Source: Chiloscyllium plagiosum
Lineage: Eukaryota
Assembly: GCF_004010195.1 (NCBI RefSeq)
Contig: NC_057718.1
Span: forward strand, 102,985,566-103,049,565
Direction: 5' to 3'
Length of the DNA: 64,000 nt
Position 1 is the stretch's first letter, and each line of letters opens with the position of its first letter. The notes beneath the pieces are model-generated. The model worked only from the letters and a program-made list of their open reading frames with translations, did not search any database and was not told the DNA's origin. Below, piece by piece: positions 34,443 through 47,095 of the stretch. Made by a program: the position numbers and the translations under genes.

Positions 34443-36207
34443 TCATTAGATCTTTAAATACTACCCATTGTCAGTCCATCATCAAGACTTGTAATGTGGT
34501 TTTCCAATCCACCACAGCCCAACATCCTCCTCATACCTTCGCAATTGCCTTTGCATTGATTTATGACCCCAGTTTCAGACTGAAGTACATCTTTTTCTAA
34601 GGTAATCGAAAATTCAGTCATATTATGATCACTATTTCCTAAAGGTGCTTAGGAAGGCTGCCACAGCTCTGGATACAGAGAATATTTTCCAGGATGATGC
34701 CAGGTATGAGAGGGTTCAGTTCTGCTTTTCGAAAGTGGGAGGATATTTCCTTTAATGGGGAAGAATAAAATTCAGGGACACAATTAAACAATAAGAGGAC
34801 TCCTGCTAATGTGGTGATGAAGAAAACTTTTTTTTCTCTTGGAGTGTCGTTGCTCTATGGAATTCTCTTCCCCAGACAGCAGGGAGACTGGATCATTGAG
34901 TGTATTACCAGCTAAATGAGAGAGTTTCTGATCAATGAGGGAGTTGAGAGTTAGAGGGAATGATCAGGAAAGTGGAGCTGAGGCCACAACCTGATCAGCT
35001 GTTGATGGAGCAGGCAGGAAGGGCTGAATAGTCTCCTACTGTTCCGAATTTCAATGTCCCTATGTTCTCCTTGGAGGAGGGAGAAATCATCGATGTGTCA
35101 GAAGGGTTTTTCATGGAGAAGATAGGGAGAAACTGCTCCCTCCGACAAGTCAGTCCATTACCAAAGATTTAAAATAATTGGCAAAAGAGGGGAAATGAGG
35201 AGTTGTTTCTTCAGAGAGGGATTGCTAACACCCGGAATGTTGCAAATGAAACGGCAGTGGAAGCAGATTCCACAGGGACTTTCAAAAGGCAGCTGAATGT
35301 GTATCGCAGAGCACTAATGTTTAGGATTGTAGGGTAAAAACTAAACTGTGAGATTGGAGTAGACAGTTTTTTCATCGAGCTGGTCAATGGACGGTGGGCC
35401 AAGTGGCCTCCTTCTGTGTTTTAAAAATCTTTGTTTCAGTAATTCGAGATCAACTGCACTTCATAAAAATGCAGTGTGGAGTTGCACCAGTTAAATCTGA
35501 AGAAGTCCTAAGGCAGATGAATATAACTCGCTCTGCAATGTTCTTGCCATCAACAACTTTATTCCTTGTTTTCAACAGCATTGGAACAGCGTAATGACCC
35601 GTTGCATACGATATTGAAGGCAATAGTTGCAGAATAGTGGCCCAAGGGTTATAACAGCAAAAAGCAGTGCATCATCATATTAAAATAAAATGAAGAGCTG
35701 CATCGTCCTGGTAAAGCTGGCATGGATGGTGGGTGACTGTATATGGGCCAGAGGTAATGTCACGATCACTGTCAGTGTCATTCATGTTTTTACAGTGTTC
35801 CAGCCATCAAAGAGGGTCCACCCCATTTACACTCTTCATTGATTGAGCAATTCCTTTTCTGTTTAAGGACTAGAGCAAACCATTTGAAAATAATCATGCC
35901 ATTGATGACCTTGTTGATTTTTGCGCATTCTCTCATAAACAGTGACAACAATGAAGATGAATGAACATGAACATCGACAGTAGAAACAATAGAACCATGG
36001 AAACTGCTGATTTAATCTTCCTGATTGTGCAAGTTGCTCCCTGACCTGCTCTGCCTGAATGAATACCTCTTTAAGGTGGAGGCCATGGTTTGAGGTTTAA
36101 AGGTGGAATTCTACACCTTGCTAGTATCCAACAGTATGAAAAGATAGCTACACAATGGTTGTGGGTGTATTACAGCTGGGAAGGAAGTGAAATGTCATGA
36201 GTTCACT

Positions 36208-36472
36208 GACATGGTGGCTCGGTGGTTAGCACTGCTGCCTCGCAGTACCGGGAACCCAGGTTCAATTCCACCCTCGGTTGACTGTCTGTGTGGAGTTTGC
36301 ACATTCTCCCTGTGTCTGGGTGGGTTTCCTCCCAAAGTCCAAAGAAGTGCAGCTTAGGTGGGTTAACCATGGGAAATGCAGGGTTACAGGAATGCAGTGG
36401 GCCTTGGTGGGATGTTCTTCAAAGGGTTGGAATGGGCTGAATGGCCTACTCCTACACTGTAGGGATTCCATG
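36208..36472 (+). mobile_element. HE1-type V-SINE
   Basis: Head, V-domain and tail present. Confidence 0.85.
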
Positions 36473-37182
36473 GAATGGTCTCAAGCTGTTTCTCAAAGCT
36501 ACCTTTAAGTCAGTGACTTTCACATCTATTGGAAGAAGGTGTGCTCAGAAAATCCAAACAATATTTAGCATGTGGTCACCAATGCATAGTAGAGACAGTA
36601 ATTGTAGTGCATTGACAATTGCGTTGTTATATTTGTCCTCTTGAGGCTACCATACACTCATGGGACAGCATAGGGAAAGAAAAAATGACCCACGTTTCAG
36701 CCACATGCTCAACAGTTCAGTTTTGACTGGCAGTTACTGAATCTTTCTGGTTCTACCCCAACAATGTCACAACAATACAGACTCCGCATCGATCAATATC
36801 TGCATTTTAATCTGATGATACCCGTTAGTTCCTCTACTTTCTAACGAGGCCTTGGTGCCAATGACATCAGTCCTATGGTTTGAAGTATTGTCAACTATGG
36901 AACTTCTTTCATTCAGCTGAAGGCAATTTGGCCCATCAAACCCATGCTAGCTCTCTGAAAAAAGTTCCTTGTGCGGTTCCATTTCCATATCATGCCCCTA
37001 TACTAGCATTTACTTGGGAAACATTACAACAAACCAAACCTATTATTTGACTTGTCATTGTCAAGCTGCTATACTGATGACCAAGAAAGTTTTGAAGTTA
37101 GATTGTTTTTACACAAGGTAATCAGCGTAGGTGTGCTTCAGGACAACAGACCTCAGTTTTCCTTTCTCATCTCCAATTAGTT

Positions 37183-37489
37183 ATTAGATTAGATTAGATT
37201 CCCTACAGTGTGGAAACAGGCCCTTCAGCCCAACAAGTCCACACTGACCCTCCAAAGAGTAACCCACCCAGATCCAGTTGCGTCTGACTAATGCACCTAA
37301 CGCTATGGGCAATTTAGCATGGCCAACCTACCTGACCTGTACATCTTCAGACTCTGGGAGAAAACCAGAGCACCCGGAGGAAACCCACACAGACATAGAG
37401 GGAACATGCAAACTCTACACAGACAGTCGCCCGAGGCTGGAATTGAGCCTGGTGCTGTGAGGCAGTAGTGCTAGCCACTGAGCCATCGC
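37183..37489 (-). mobile_element. HE1-type V-SINE
   Basis: Reverse complement with (attag)n tail. Confidence 0.87.
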
Positions 37490-37519
37490 TTTCAATAGAA
37501 AATTGAAAATTGCAAAATG

Positions 37520-38235
37520 CTACTATGCAGGTACAGCAAGTAGTCAGGAAAGCTCATAGAATGTTATTCAAGGGAGTTGAATACTAAAGTTCAGTTTTAC
37601 ACGGCATTACGAGATCACGCTGAGCTTTGCGCAATATTTCTACCTTTATTTGAGGAAGGATGTAAATCCATTGGAAGCCGTTCAGAGAACATTATCGTTA
37701 TTAACCTCTGGATTTGGGTTCTCATATAAGGAATAGTTGGACAGGCCTGGCTTGTATCCAAGAAGAGAAAGAGACAATTTGATTGAAATGTATGAGATCT
37801 CATGGAGGTTTGAGTGGGCAGACGTGGAAAGGATGGTTCCTTTCAGGGAACAAATTAAAACCAAGTCGGAAAAGGGTCACTGGACCTGAGATTTTGATTT
37901 CTCTGGATTTCACAGGATTTCTCTCCAAAGATGCTGCCAGACCTGCTGAGATTTTCCAGCAATTTTGAATCTAAAACTAGAGGTCATTTGTTTGCTGAAA
38001 TAAACGGATGTTACCATTTTAACACCAAAATTAGGAGAAATCTTTTTCCTGTCCAAGGATTGTAAATCTTTCTAACTGTCTTCCTGGCAGAATCCCTTCA
38101 ATATTTTTAAAGCAGAGGGTGAGATCTCCTCAATAAGGAAGGAGCTGAAAGGTTATCAGGATCGGCAGGAGTACAGAGTAATCACTGAGTGGCAGAGGAC
38201 AAGTTAGAAGGGCTGAGTGGCTTACTTCAGCTCTT
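37520..38235 (+). mobile_element. Old CR1-type 3' fragment containing a family C piece (about 37865-37970)
   Basis: Degenerate YLRKDV.LE.VQR motif and a CR1-like 3' UTR. Confidence 0.6.
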
Positions 38236-38254
38236 AATCCATAAGGCAGTTAAC

Positions 38255-38530
38255 ATGTGGCAGGTGGTGGAAATTCAATTATCAAAAGAATTCTGGAATA
38301 TCAAGACAGTGATGACAACCATGAAACTATCGATCATCCATTGTTGCAAAAACCCATCTGGTTCTCGAATGTGCTTTGGGGAAGGAAATCTGCCATCCTT
38401 AGCTGGTCTGGCCTACACATGACTGCAGACCCACAGCAATGGAGTTGAATTCTAACTGCTCTCTGAAATGCCCCAGCCAGCTCCTCAGATCAAGGAATGG
38501 GTGACATCGCTGGTCCTGCCAATGACACAG
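38255..38530 (+). mobile_element. SINE-B fragment
   Basis: ggaaggaaatctgccatcctt...ggtctggcctacacatgact, shared with 44240-44610. Confidence 0.65.
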
Positions 38531-39739
38531 AGACAGACATACAAAGAAAGCGAGTGTTGTACTATGTATTGGAAAGTAAGCTTTTTTCGAGACCAGGTTT
38601 CTTCCTTGAAGACAATTAGTCAGCTGTCAATACCACTTCACAGATACCCAAACAATGATAATACTGTACTATGCGAAACTAAAATATTTCTGTGAAGATA
38701 AAATATTTCTGTGAAAACAGTTTAAGATGACGAAGGCCATAAACAAAGATACCTGTGTTACATATTGTGTTAAATCTGATATATATTTTATATACAATAC
38801 AAATACTGCGTTGTACCTGAGGCTGAAGGATTACCTTATCTAGTGTCTGCATTTTATTCTTTTAATAAAAGATGCTCTCCATGAAGGACAATGCCATTAT
38901 CGGCTGGAAAGACATTTGTACATTTTTATTCCACAGGAATTATGATTGAGCCAAATATGATATATGCAGACCAATAAATACTTGAATGCAAAGTTGCATT
39001 TTTCAGAATAAAATGGATTTCTTTTGTTCCCCACCTTGTTTTCCATTTACCCACGTGATTGTTGATCATATAAAGCTCTTAATTAGCTTGCAGCCCAGTT
39101 TTCGTAAGATGTAAAATTTGAACTCTCTGGTGTGGTAAGGCAGAGCAATGTTCACAATGACTGTATGTGGCTCCATTCGCAGCAGTTTGGGGATAATTGT
39201 TCATTATAATATTACAATTTTGTTGCTTGTATTGCCCGCTGTCACCTCATTTAAAAGGTGCATGAATTATTTTCCAAGAAGCCCATTATTGCTTAGTTAC
39301 GATGATCATTATGATTGTCAATGGCTTGGCTTTTTAGTTTCCCTGACAAGCACCTCAAAGTGAAATTCACCTTTCTGTACAATCTGCTTGAGATATTGTC
39401 TCGGAAAATGACATTTGAATTGATGCGAGGATGCAGATACTGTGGTGATGAAGGGATATCACATACGTCAGTAATAATACTTGGTCTGAGAATTAGTTCA
39501 GTTACTTAAATATGACTAATCACATAGTTTAATGTAATCTATCTGCTTCTGAAATGCCCTTAATCTTTGAAACAATTCTGGCATGCAGTATATCAGATAT
39601 TTGACAAGTACATTTTGGACTTCATATGATTTATTTCATTGCAGTCATAATGGATCAACCCATACAATTTATAGACAAACCGAACAACTCAGTATAATAA
39701 TATGCATTATATCTGATACTTTATTAATTAAGATGCACT

Positions 39740-40078
39740 GCAGAAACTCACTAAGGCTGCTTTGATAGCATCTTCCAAACCCATGACCTCTTACCATAAG
39801 AAGGACAAGGGCAGCAGATACATTGGAACACCACCACCACTTTCAAGTTCCCCTGCAAGCCACAGCCCATCTTGACTTGGAATGATACCAACATTCCTTC
39901 ATTGTTACTGGGTCAATATCCTGGAACTCTCTCCCCAAGGGCATTGTGGGTCTACCCACAGCACATGGACTGCAGCGGTTCAAGAAGGCAGCTCACCCCC
40001 ACCTTCTCAAGGGGCAACTAGCGATGGGCAATAAATGCTGGATCCTGCCAGTGACAACCAGAACCTATGAATGAACTA
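39740..40078 (+). mobile_element. LINE-B 3' end
   Basis: Matches 28505-28797 and 2245-2470. Confidence 0.75.
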
Positions 40079-40182
40079 AACAAAATGAAAAGTTTGAAAA
40101 TGTTCATCCCAACCCCCTAACGATTGGCAAGAAAAATCAATCTGCTGTGGAGATGGCTAAGTACAAACCATGAATTTGTTCA

Positions 40183-40310
40183 AAAAAACCGAGAGAACTG
40201 CAGATGCTGGAAGTTGGACACAAAAACATAAAAATGTTAGCAGGTCTGGCAGCATTTGTGGAGAGAAATCAAAGTACACCTTTCGGGTCCAGTCACCCTT
40301 CTTCAGAATG
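40183..40310 (-). mobile_element. Penelope-like family C fragment
   Basis: Minus strand ctgaaga-a-gggtg-actg-gaccc-gaaa followed by the family tail. Confidence 0.72.
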
Positions 40311-40689
40311 GGTCTGAACTGAACTTGTTCAGGTATCACCAGCTCTCCTCTTTACTTCCTTCAGCTCTACTGGAATCTGAGATCCTCACAGTTTTCCAAC
40401 TCTGGTCTCTCTGGCTCCTCCCTGATTTTAATTGCCCCCACCATTTTCAGCCCTGTCATCTGTTGTCTGTGTGCCAACATCTTAAAATCCACGTCTCTTC
40501 AAGGCATTCCTCCAAACCTACATTTTCGGCCAGGTTTGGGATCACCCTTTGTGCTGTCTCCTTCTGTCATTGGGCGGTGTCGAAAATCTCAAAAACATTT
40601 GTTTTTCAGTTGATACTTCTCTTGATAAACACTTTGGCTCATTTGACTGGACCAAAAAATGGTGCTATATGAATTAAAGTTGTTAGTAC

Positions 40690-41000
40690 TTAGAGTAGAG
40701 TCATAGAGATGTACAGCATGGAAACAGACCCATTGGTCCAACTTGGTAAAAACAAGGGCTGCAGATGCTGGAAACCAGAGTCTAGGTGAGAGTGGTGCTG
40801 GAAAAGCACAGCAGGTCAGGCAGCATCCGAGGAGCAGGAAAACCGATGTTTCGGGCAGAAGCCCTTCATCAGGAATACAGCTTTAGTCCAACCTGTCCAT
40901 GCCGACCAGATTTCCCAATCCAATCTAGTCCCACCTGCCAGCACCTGGCCCCTATCCCTCCAAACCCTTCCTATCCATGTACCCATCCAAATGCCTTTTA
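40690..41000 (-). mobile_element. CR1 3' fragment interrupted by a family A Penelope-like insert (40746-40876)
   Basis: CR1 tail on both sides; insert on minus begins attc-CTGATGA-a-GGGC-ttct-GCCC-GAAA-c-ATC. Confidence 0.85.
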
Positions 41001-41984
41001 CTTTTGTTGTAATCCAGTTCGAAATTTCCGCCAGAAACAAACTGAGTTTTCTCACCCCCAAAGGGAAAAAAAACTGTCAAAATTAATTAATTTTCTGATT
41101 GGTGAACCACTAATTCCTTAACGACAATTTTTGAAAACATTATTCACAGGAATCAGTAATTTATACAAACTCTGGACTGAAAATTAAATTGGAGAGAGAT
41201 CTGCTGTTGAATAATGAGATGGTTTAAGAAAGAAAAAGACATTCCATCTCAGAAATCTGCCTCTTCCTCTTTGCTTGAAATATCAAGTGTGAATTAGTCT
41301 TTTGTTTTAACTTGCAGTCTGGATGCGCAGAGAACGTGCCCTTAGCGAGAAACAGTTCTCTGGTCACTGAACATAACTAATGACTGGGATTGAAAGCTGT
41401 GAGTGCCGCTGTGGTACATGTGCTGGCTGACTAGCAAGAAGCATCACATGATGGGCAAGCGACAGCGTTCTACAGCCCAGCTTCTCCATTTCACCAAGTT
41501 GCTTTGTGAAAGAATGCTACTAAACCACAGAAACAAACCCTGAGCTGTTCCCAGACTCTGCCATTCGCATCTGTCAGTTAGAATTCTTCTTATCTTATTG
41601 ACAGCCAAGGGGCATGATACACTTTAATAATCTAACCATTTCTTTCTTAAACCATACACCAGGAAATTACAAATAGGTCAGTATTAAGAAAATACCGATA
41701 GCTAGTTATCTTTGAGAATTTACAATGTTTTTTTTCCTTCCTTGAAATATTATTTAAACTCTTCAGAGTATGAGTTAATTTTTTGGAAATCAAAGTATTA
41801 ACATTTACAATGCAAGATCAGGGCATGCTCCTTCATCACTGAATCCTGCCTTAGATTAGTCTTTGACTTGAAGCTGTATCAATGGTATTGCTTTGATCTT
41901 GCAAATTTAGCAGAGCCTTTGACTTTCTTCTTATAAAATATAAGCATAAGTTGCATTTATGTAGTACGTATAGGGTAATGAAAG

Positions 41985-42447
41985 ATCCCCAAAGCCTTCC
42001 AGAGACGTGCGATGGGCTGGGCATGCCTTCCCCATGACCCACACAAGACTCCCCAAGCAGGTGCACTACCCCCAGCTCCAAAACGGCAGGGGAGCCCCAG
42101 GTGGACAAGGAAGTTCTTCAGGGATACCCACAAGGCCTCACTGGGGAAGTGCAGCATTCCCTACCGACACCTGGGAATCACTGGGCTGTGACCGTCCAAC
42201 ACGGAGGAGGAGCATCCAGGAAGGCCTCGGGACTTGGCCATCGGGAAAAAGCAGAAGCCGGGCGGAAACAGGGAAAGGAGTGCAGTGCCACACCATCACT
42301 CCATCCACCCCTTCCCATGGCCAACTTCTGCCCCAAGTGTAACAGAGCCTGCCGTAGCTCCATCAGTCTGTAGAGCCACCTACAGACACACCCGGAGAGT
42401 GGGGAGAGAGTCACCCTCATCTGTGAGGGACCGCCAATGATGATGAG
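41985..42447 (+). mobile_element. RTE-clade LINE 3' fragment
   Basis: RWAGH..M..TRLPKQVHY.QL.NG..APGGQ, C-terminal CPKCNRAC, (atg)n-type tail. Confidence 0.75.
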
Positions 42448-43299
42448 GAAAGTAAAATGCGACACCATGTCACTTAAGGTGACTTTAGGGCAAATGGCTA
42501 GAAGCTTGATTGGAAATGTAGGTTTTAAGGAGAGGACAGAGAGTTGCAGAGAGATGTAGTGAGGAACATCCAGACCTCGGGGCCTAGGCAGCTGAACACA
42601 TCAATGGTGGAGTGATAAAAATCAACGGTATTCAAGAGGCCAGAATTAGAAAACCATAAATATTTCAGTGAAATATGGGGCTAGAGATGGTTACAGTGGT
42701 GGATAGAGCAAGGGTCATGGAAGGATGGGATAACGAGAAGGTAAGTTTCATCGCCTTGAGATTAACACTGAAATGGCCAAACCCCATCACAGCATTTCTC
42801 TGGTGACGTTAAATGAAGAAGTTTGCAAAGGTAACCTAAGAAATCTGAATGCTTGGAATTTCCAGGAAAATCACAGTCTAACCAGAGCGAAGGAATTGAA
42901 TTATGCTATTTGAGTTTCTGAGGAAATTTGCACATAGCTGTTTTAATGCAAAACATCTCGATGAAGAAATTTCCTGAATCATTTACGTAATTTCCTGAAC
43001 CCATTTACAGATTAATACAGCTCTGTGAACTAACTCAGAAGTGTACTTCCTACATTTAATCCATTCTTAATGGTTATAAATGAATGCTCAAGATTTCAAA
43101 CATTGCAGGATCCAAAGTTATGAGATCCTGTTGTTTTTCTAGTGATTTTCCAAAGCAATTTGGAAAAATTATTTTTTCTTACTGTATTTTAAATGTCCTT
43201 CTAAGGGTCTGGTAAGAGAAAATGTACCAAAATTGCACTTTAGTTTTAAACATGTTGTCTATTAATGATAAGTTTGCTGGTTTCAAACTTTAATTTGTA

Positions 43300-43516
43300 T
43301 AAAAGCAAAATGCAGCCGGTACTGGAGATCTGAAAGAAACGCAGAAATTGCTGGAGAAACTCAGCAGGTCTGGCAGTGTCTGTGGAGACAGAAACAGAGT
43401 TGACGTTTCAAATCCTGTATGACCCTTCCTCAGAACTGTTCTGGCCAAAACTCATATTGGACACAAAGTGTTAACTCTGTTTGTCTCTCCTGCTGACTTT
43501 CTCCAGCAATTTCTGT
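43300..43516. mobile_element. Penelope-like family C inverted pair
   Basis: Minus arm 43300-43437, then plus arm 43438-43516. Confidence 0.78.
43398..43437 (-). ncRNA. Minimal type I hammerhead ribozyme motif (family C)
   Basis: AGUU-CUGAGGA-A-GGGUC-auacag-GAUUU-GAAA-C-GUC-AACU; helix I AGUU/AACU perfect, stem II with G.U pairs. Confidence 0.7.
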
Positions 43517-43944
43517 GAGCGTTTTAATTTTTATAAAGTCATTAATTTGTAAAGTGATTTCTGTTGCACAAGGTACGTGCTTTCCTTAAATCTCAATTGC
43601 TTTGCTAGTCCATATTTATATTTTCAGGTTGACTGATAAGATTCTTGAAGAAGTTTGGTCTAAATTGTAGTCAGTAAGACCAGCGTAGAAAATGGTTCAA
43701 TTTCACCAGGCGTTTTGGTGTAGGTTATGTTGAGGGGACTGGGCCATAGAAAGAGGCTGCTTTCTTTTCATGGGATGTGGGCATCGATGGTTGGGCCAGC
43801 ATTTATTGCCCGTCCCCAGTTGCCTTTGAGGAGGTGGGATGAACTGCCTTCCTGAACCGCTACAGTCCATGTGCAAGCAGAAAGTATGAACAGGTGGTGT
43901 AACAACATATAGCACTTCACAGAACGGCACTCTGGTCATTCTGT

Positions 43945-44208
43945 CCAAAGGTAAGGTCGAGATGAAAGACTTTTTTTTCACCCAGACAGTGGTGAGACTA
44001 TGGAATTCTCTGCCACAGGAAAGCAGCTGAGGCCAGAGTATTGACTGCTTTCAAGAAAGAGTTAGATATAGTCCTTCGGCCTAAAGGGATCAAAAGGTCT
44101 GGGGAGAAAATGGGAACAGGGGACTGAGTTGGATGGACAGCCACAATCACAATCGAGCAGGCTCGAAGGGCTGAATGGCCTACTCCTGCTCCTATTGTCT
44201 ATGTTTCC
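43945..44208 (+). mobile_element. CR1-type 3' end
   Basis: FFTQTVVRLWNSLP, ending gggctgaatggcctactcctgctcct; same family as 47930-48390 (-). Confidence 0.75.
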
Positions 44209-44237
44209 AAGTCTCGAAACTTCAAAAGACTGCAAAG

Positions 44238-44612
44238 ATAGTGGTGTAATGGCAATGCCACTGGACTAGTCATCCAATAAGCCAAGGATAATGTTCCGGG
44301 TGTATGGGGTTTGAATTTCACCACCATAGAAGCTTGTGGAATTTAAATTCAATTCTTCAAATTAGAAATGGAACAAAAAATTTAGTAATGGTGACCATGA
44401 AACAGCCATCAAGTGGTTTCACTCATGTCCTTATGGGAAGGAAATCTGCTGTCTTTTCCTGGTCTGGCCTACAAGTGACTCCAGACTCACAGAAATGGGG
44501 GTGACCCTCAAATGCTCACTGAAACAGCTGAGTAAACCTTTCAGTTCAAGAGGCAGTTAGGGATGGACAACAAATACTGGCCATACCAGTAATGCCCACA
44601 TCCTCGACAGGC
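44238..44612 (+). mobile_element. SINE-B, near full length
   Basis: tRNA-like head (tggtgtaatgg...ggtttgaatttc), internal core, tail like the LINE-B 3' end. Confidence 0.7.
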
Positions 44613-45796
44613 ATAAACAAATTATTTCTCACATTATAAAGCCAATAAGAGGAAGTGCCCACTGAACCAACATAACTTCAGGGTTTCACTGAGATTTTAA
44701 TAAGATCTGATAGAATATATTACTTCATTATTGGTGAACATTAACAATGTTTAGTGCACTGTTTAACTGCAATGAAATAATTCCTTCGCTCCTTCATGGA
44801 AAGTTTTCAAGGATAACAAAAGCAAAATTAATTATCTTGATCAAACAAGCTCAGCCTGTTACCTGAGAAGGCACGGCCTTGCCAAAGAGTGCATTTCGCT
44901 GGATTTGCCTGCAGGCTAGTGCTTAAAAGACAAGCTACTGCAGCAACGAAAGATATATTTCAAGGCAACGTGTTCACTGACCAGCTCTGGTGCTGACATT
45001 TGCAGTCATTTTCCTCATTCCAAAAATGTTTAATTGCTAGTTCTTAGAAGACTGCAAGCAAATTGAAGAGTTTTTATTTAAACAAACAATGAATTGTGGA
45101 GCTGCCTGTCTTGTTTCGCTCCAAGTCATTATGTACAAGGTCGCTGCTTTTACCCTCCTTCCATTGTGTTCACATTGAAGGTTGCCAGTTTTGAACAAGG
45201 GAATCTATTTTTCCATTTTATTTTGGCATCGAAGCCATTTGGCTGCATAGATTCAGGTCAAAAACAACATTAGACTTTCTCACATTATCCTGACAGCTCA
45301 ATTGAGTCACTAATCTATGGAACCCCACTGTGGTGCCACGCCGTTTCTCAGAGCTCCTGGCAGCCTGGAGCAGAGACAGCTGTAAGTTCAGTGAATTTGG
45401 GCACAATTTTAACCCTGTGCAGGCAGCAGATTGATTTTTGAGTGTGTTAAAATCTCTCCTAAAATTTGTGTTGAGTGGACAATGGTCTGAGACTGTACAA
45501 AATCATCTCTGAGATGAGCTTTAAGACAGAATTCAGTAATCAGTGTTTGTGTTACTCCGAAGTGATCGCAGCTTTGATTCAGAACATGGTGCCACCTGGA
45601 TGACTCAATAATGTGGCCCTACGCAATGTTTAATCATAGACCAAACCGCCCTCAAATTCAATACATCATGCAAAGCTTATACAAATGAATGATAAGTCAC
45701 ACAATGCAAGTGGTCAGAACTAATGATGTAGACACTAAAAGATAAGACGACAGTTAGTCATTAGAGAATTGAATTGAGCAGGAACCTACCTTCATA

Positions 45797-46035
45797 TAGC
45801 CATAGAGATGTAATGCACGGAAATAGAACATGCCGACCAGGTATCCTAACCTAATCTAGTCTCATTTGCCAACATTTGGCCTGTATCCCTCTAAACCCTT
45901 CCTATTCATATACCCATCCAGATGCCTTTTGAATGCTGCAATTGTACCAGCCTCCACCACTTCCTCTGGCAGCTCATTCCACACACACCACTCTCTGTAA
46001 AAATATTGCCCCTTTCACCCTTTCACCTTAAACCT
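45797..46035 (-). mobile_element. CR1 3' fragment
   Basis: Reverse complement of the 3' UTR at 1400-1630. Confidence 0.85.
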
Positions 46036-46209
46036 ACCCAATCAACTTCCATCTCTTTTCTCAAAATTTCAAATGTTGACATTGTTCTTCCTTCTCAGTC
46101 AGAAGGCGGGTTCAAATCTCACTCTAAGCCTTGAATTCATCCTCTAACCTGTACAGTGATTGACAAGGCTCACAAAGGTGACAGTTGCACAATTTAAATG
46201 ATTTGTTGG

Positions 46210-46580
46210 TCTCATTCTTGGGAGTGTGAGCATTGCTGGGAAGGCCAGCATTTACTGCCCATCCCTAATTGCCCACTGAATTCAGTGGCTCACTGGGCTC
46301 TTGCAGTGGGCAGTTAAGAGTCAACCATGTTGCTATAGGTCCAGAGTCACATGTAGGCCAGATCAAGTAAGGATAGCCGATCTCCCTCTTGAAAGAGGAT
46401 GAGTGAACCAGATGGCTGCTTACTCCACTCGATGGTAACTTTGTGACTATTCAGGGGGTGCACATTTTGTTAGAGGTTTACTAATTAATTGAATCGAGGT
46501 GCCTTCAGTTGTCAATGTGGGATTTGAACCTGTGAGCGTTAGTCTGGGCTCTGGATTATTAGTTGCGTGGCGTCATCATC
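46210..46580 (-). mobile_element. SINE-B
   Basis: Reverse complement of 44238-44612. Confidence 0.7.
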
Positions 46581-46737
46581 ACTCTACTCTGAATGTACCA
46601 GTAACAATCTGGGCACTAGCCCTGAAGCACTGCAGATAGCTCAACTTCTCCGACCAAGCTGTAGCAGGTGTTCAGCTATGAGAAGCCTTGCAAATCCAGT
46701 GGATCTTCCTGTTGTGGAGCCAAGTGGAGCTGGAAAT

Positions 46738-47095
46738 TATAGAACATAGAACAGAAGAATACAGCGCAGTATAGGCCCTTTGGCCCTCGATGTTGCGCTG
46801 TTCCAAGCCCACCTAACCTACACTAGCCCACTATCCTCCATATGCCTATCCAATGCCCGCTTAAATGCCCATAAAGAGGGAGTGTCCACCACTGCTACTG
46901 GCAGGGCATTCCATGAACTCACGACTCGCTGAGTAAAGAACCTACCCCTAACATCCCTGGTAAATCTCCTCTGCACCCGTTCCAGTGCCTCCACATCCTT
47001 CCTATGGTATGGCGACCAAAACTGCACACAATACTCCAGATGCGGCCGCACCAGAGTCTTATCCAACTGCAACATGAATTCTCCTGATGCAGCCT
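46738..47095 (-). mobile_element. CR1 3' fragment with internal deletion
   Basis: LVRPHLEYCVQFWSPYHRKD...RRFTR joined directly to DVRGRFFTQRVV. Confidence 0.88.

Larger units (their letters stand above)
33690..34800. repeat. 441-bp direct tandem duplication (33690-34130 and 34131-34800)
   Basis: Units nearly identical (I see two substitutions); the second carries a 213-bp insertion plus a 16-bp TSD. Confidence 0.95.

Noticed and set aside
41319..41480. Possible exon after a good acceptor (ttttaacttgcag)
   Set aside because: All three frames stop within about 65 nt and none is recognisable; a terminal or non-coding exon cannot be excluded without RNA data.
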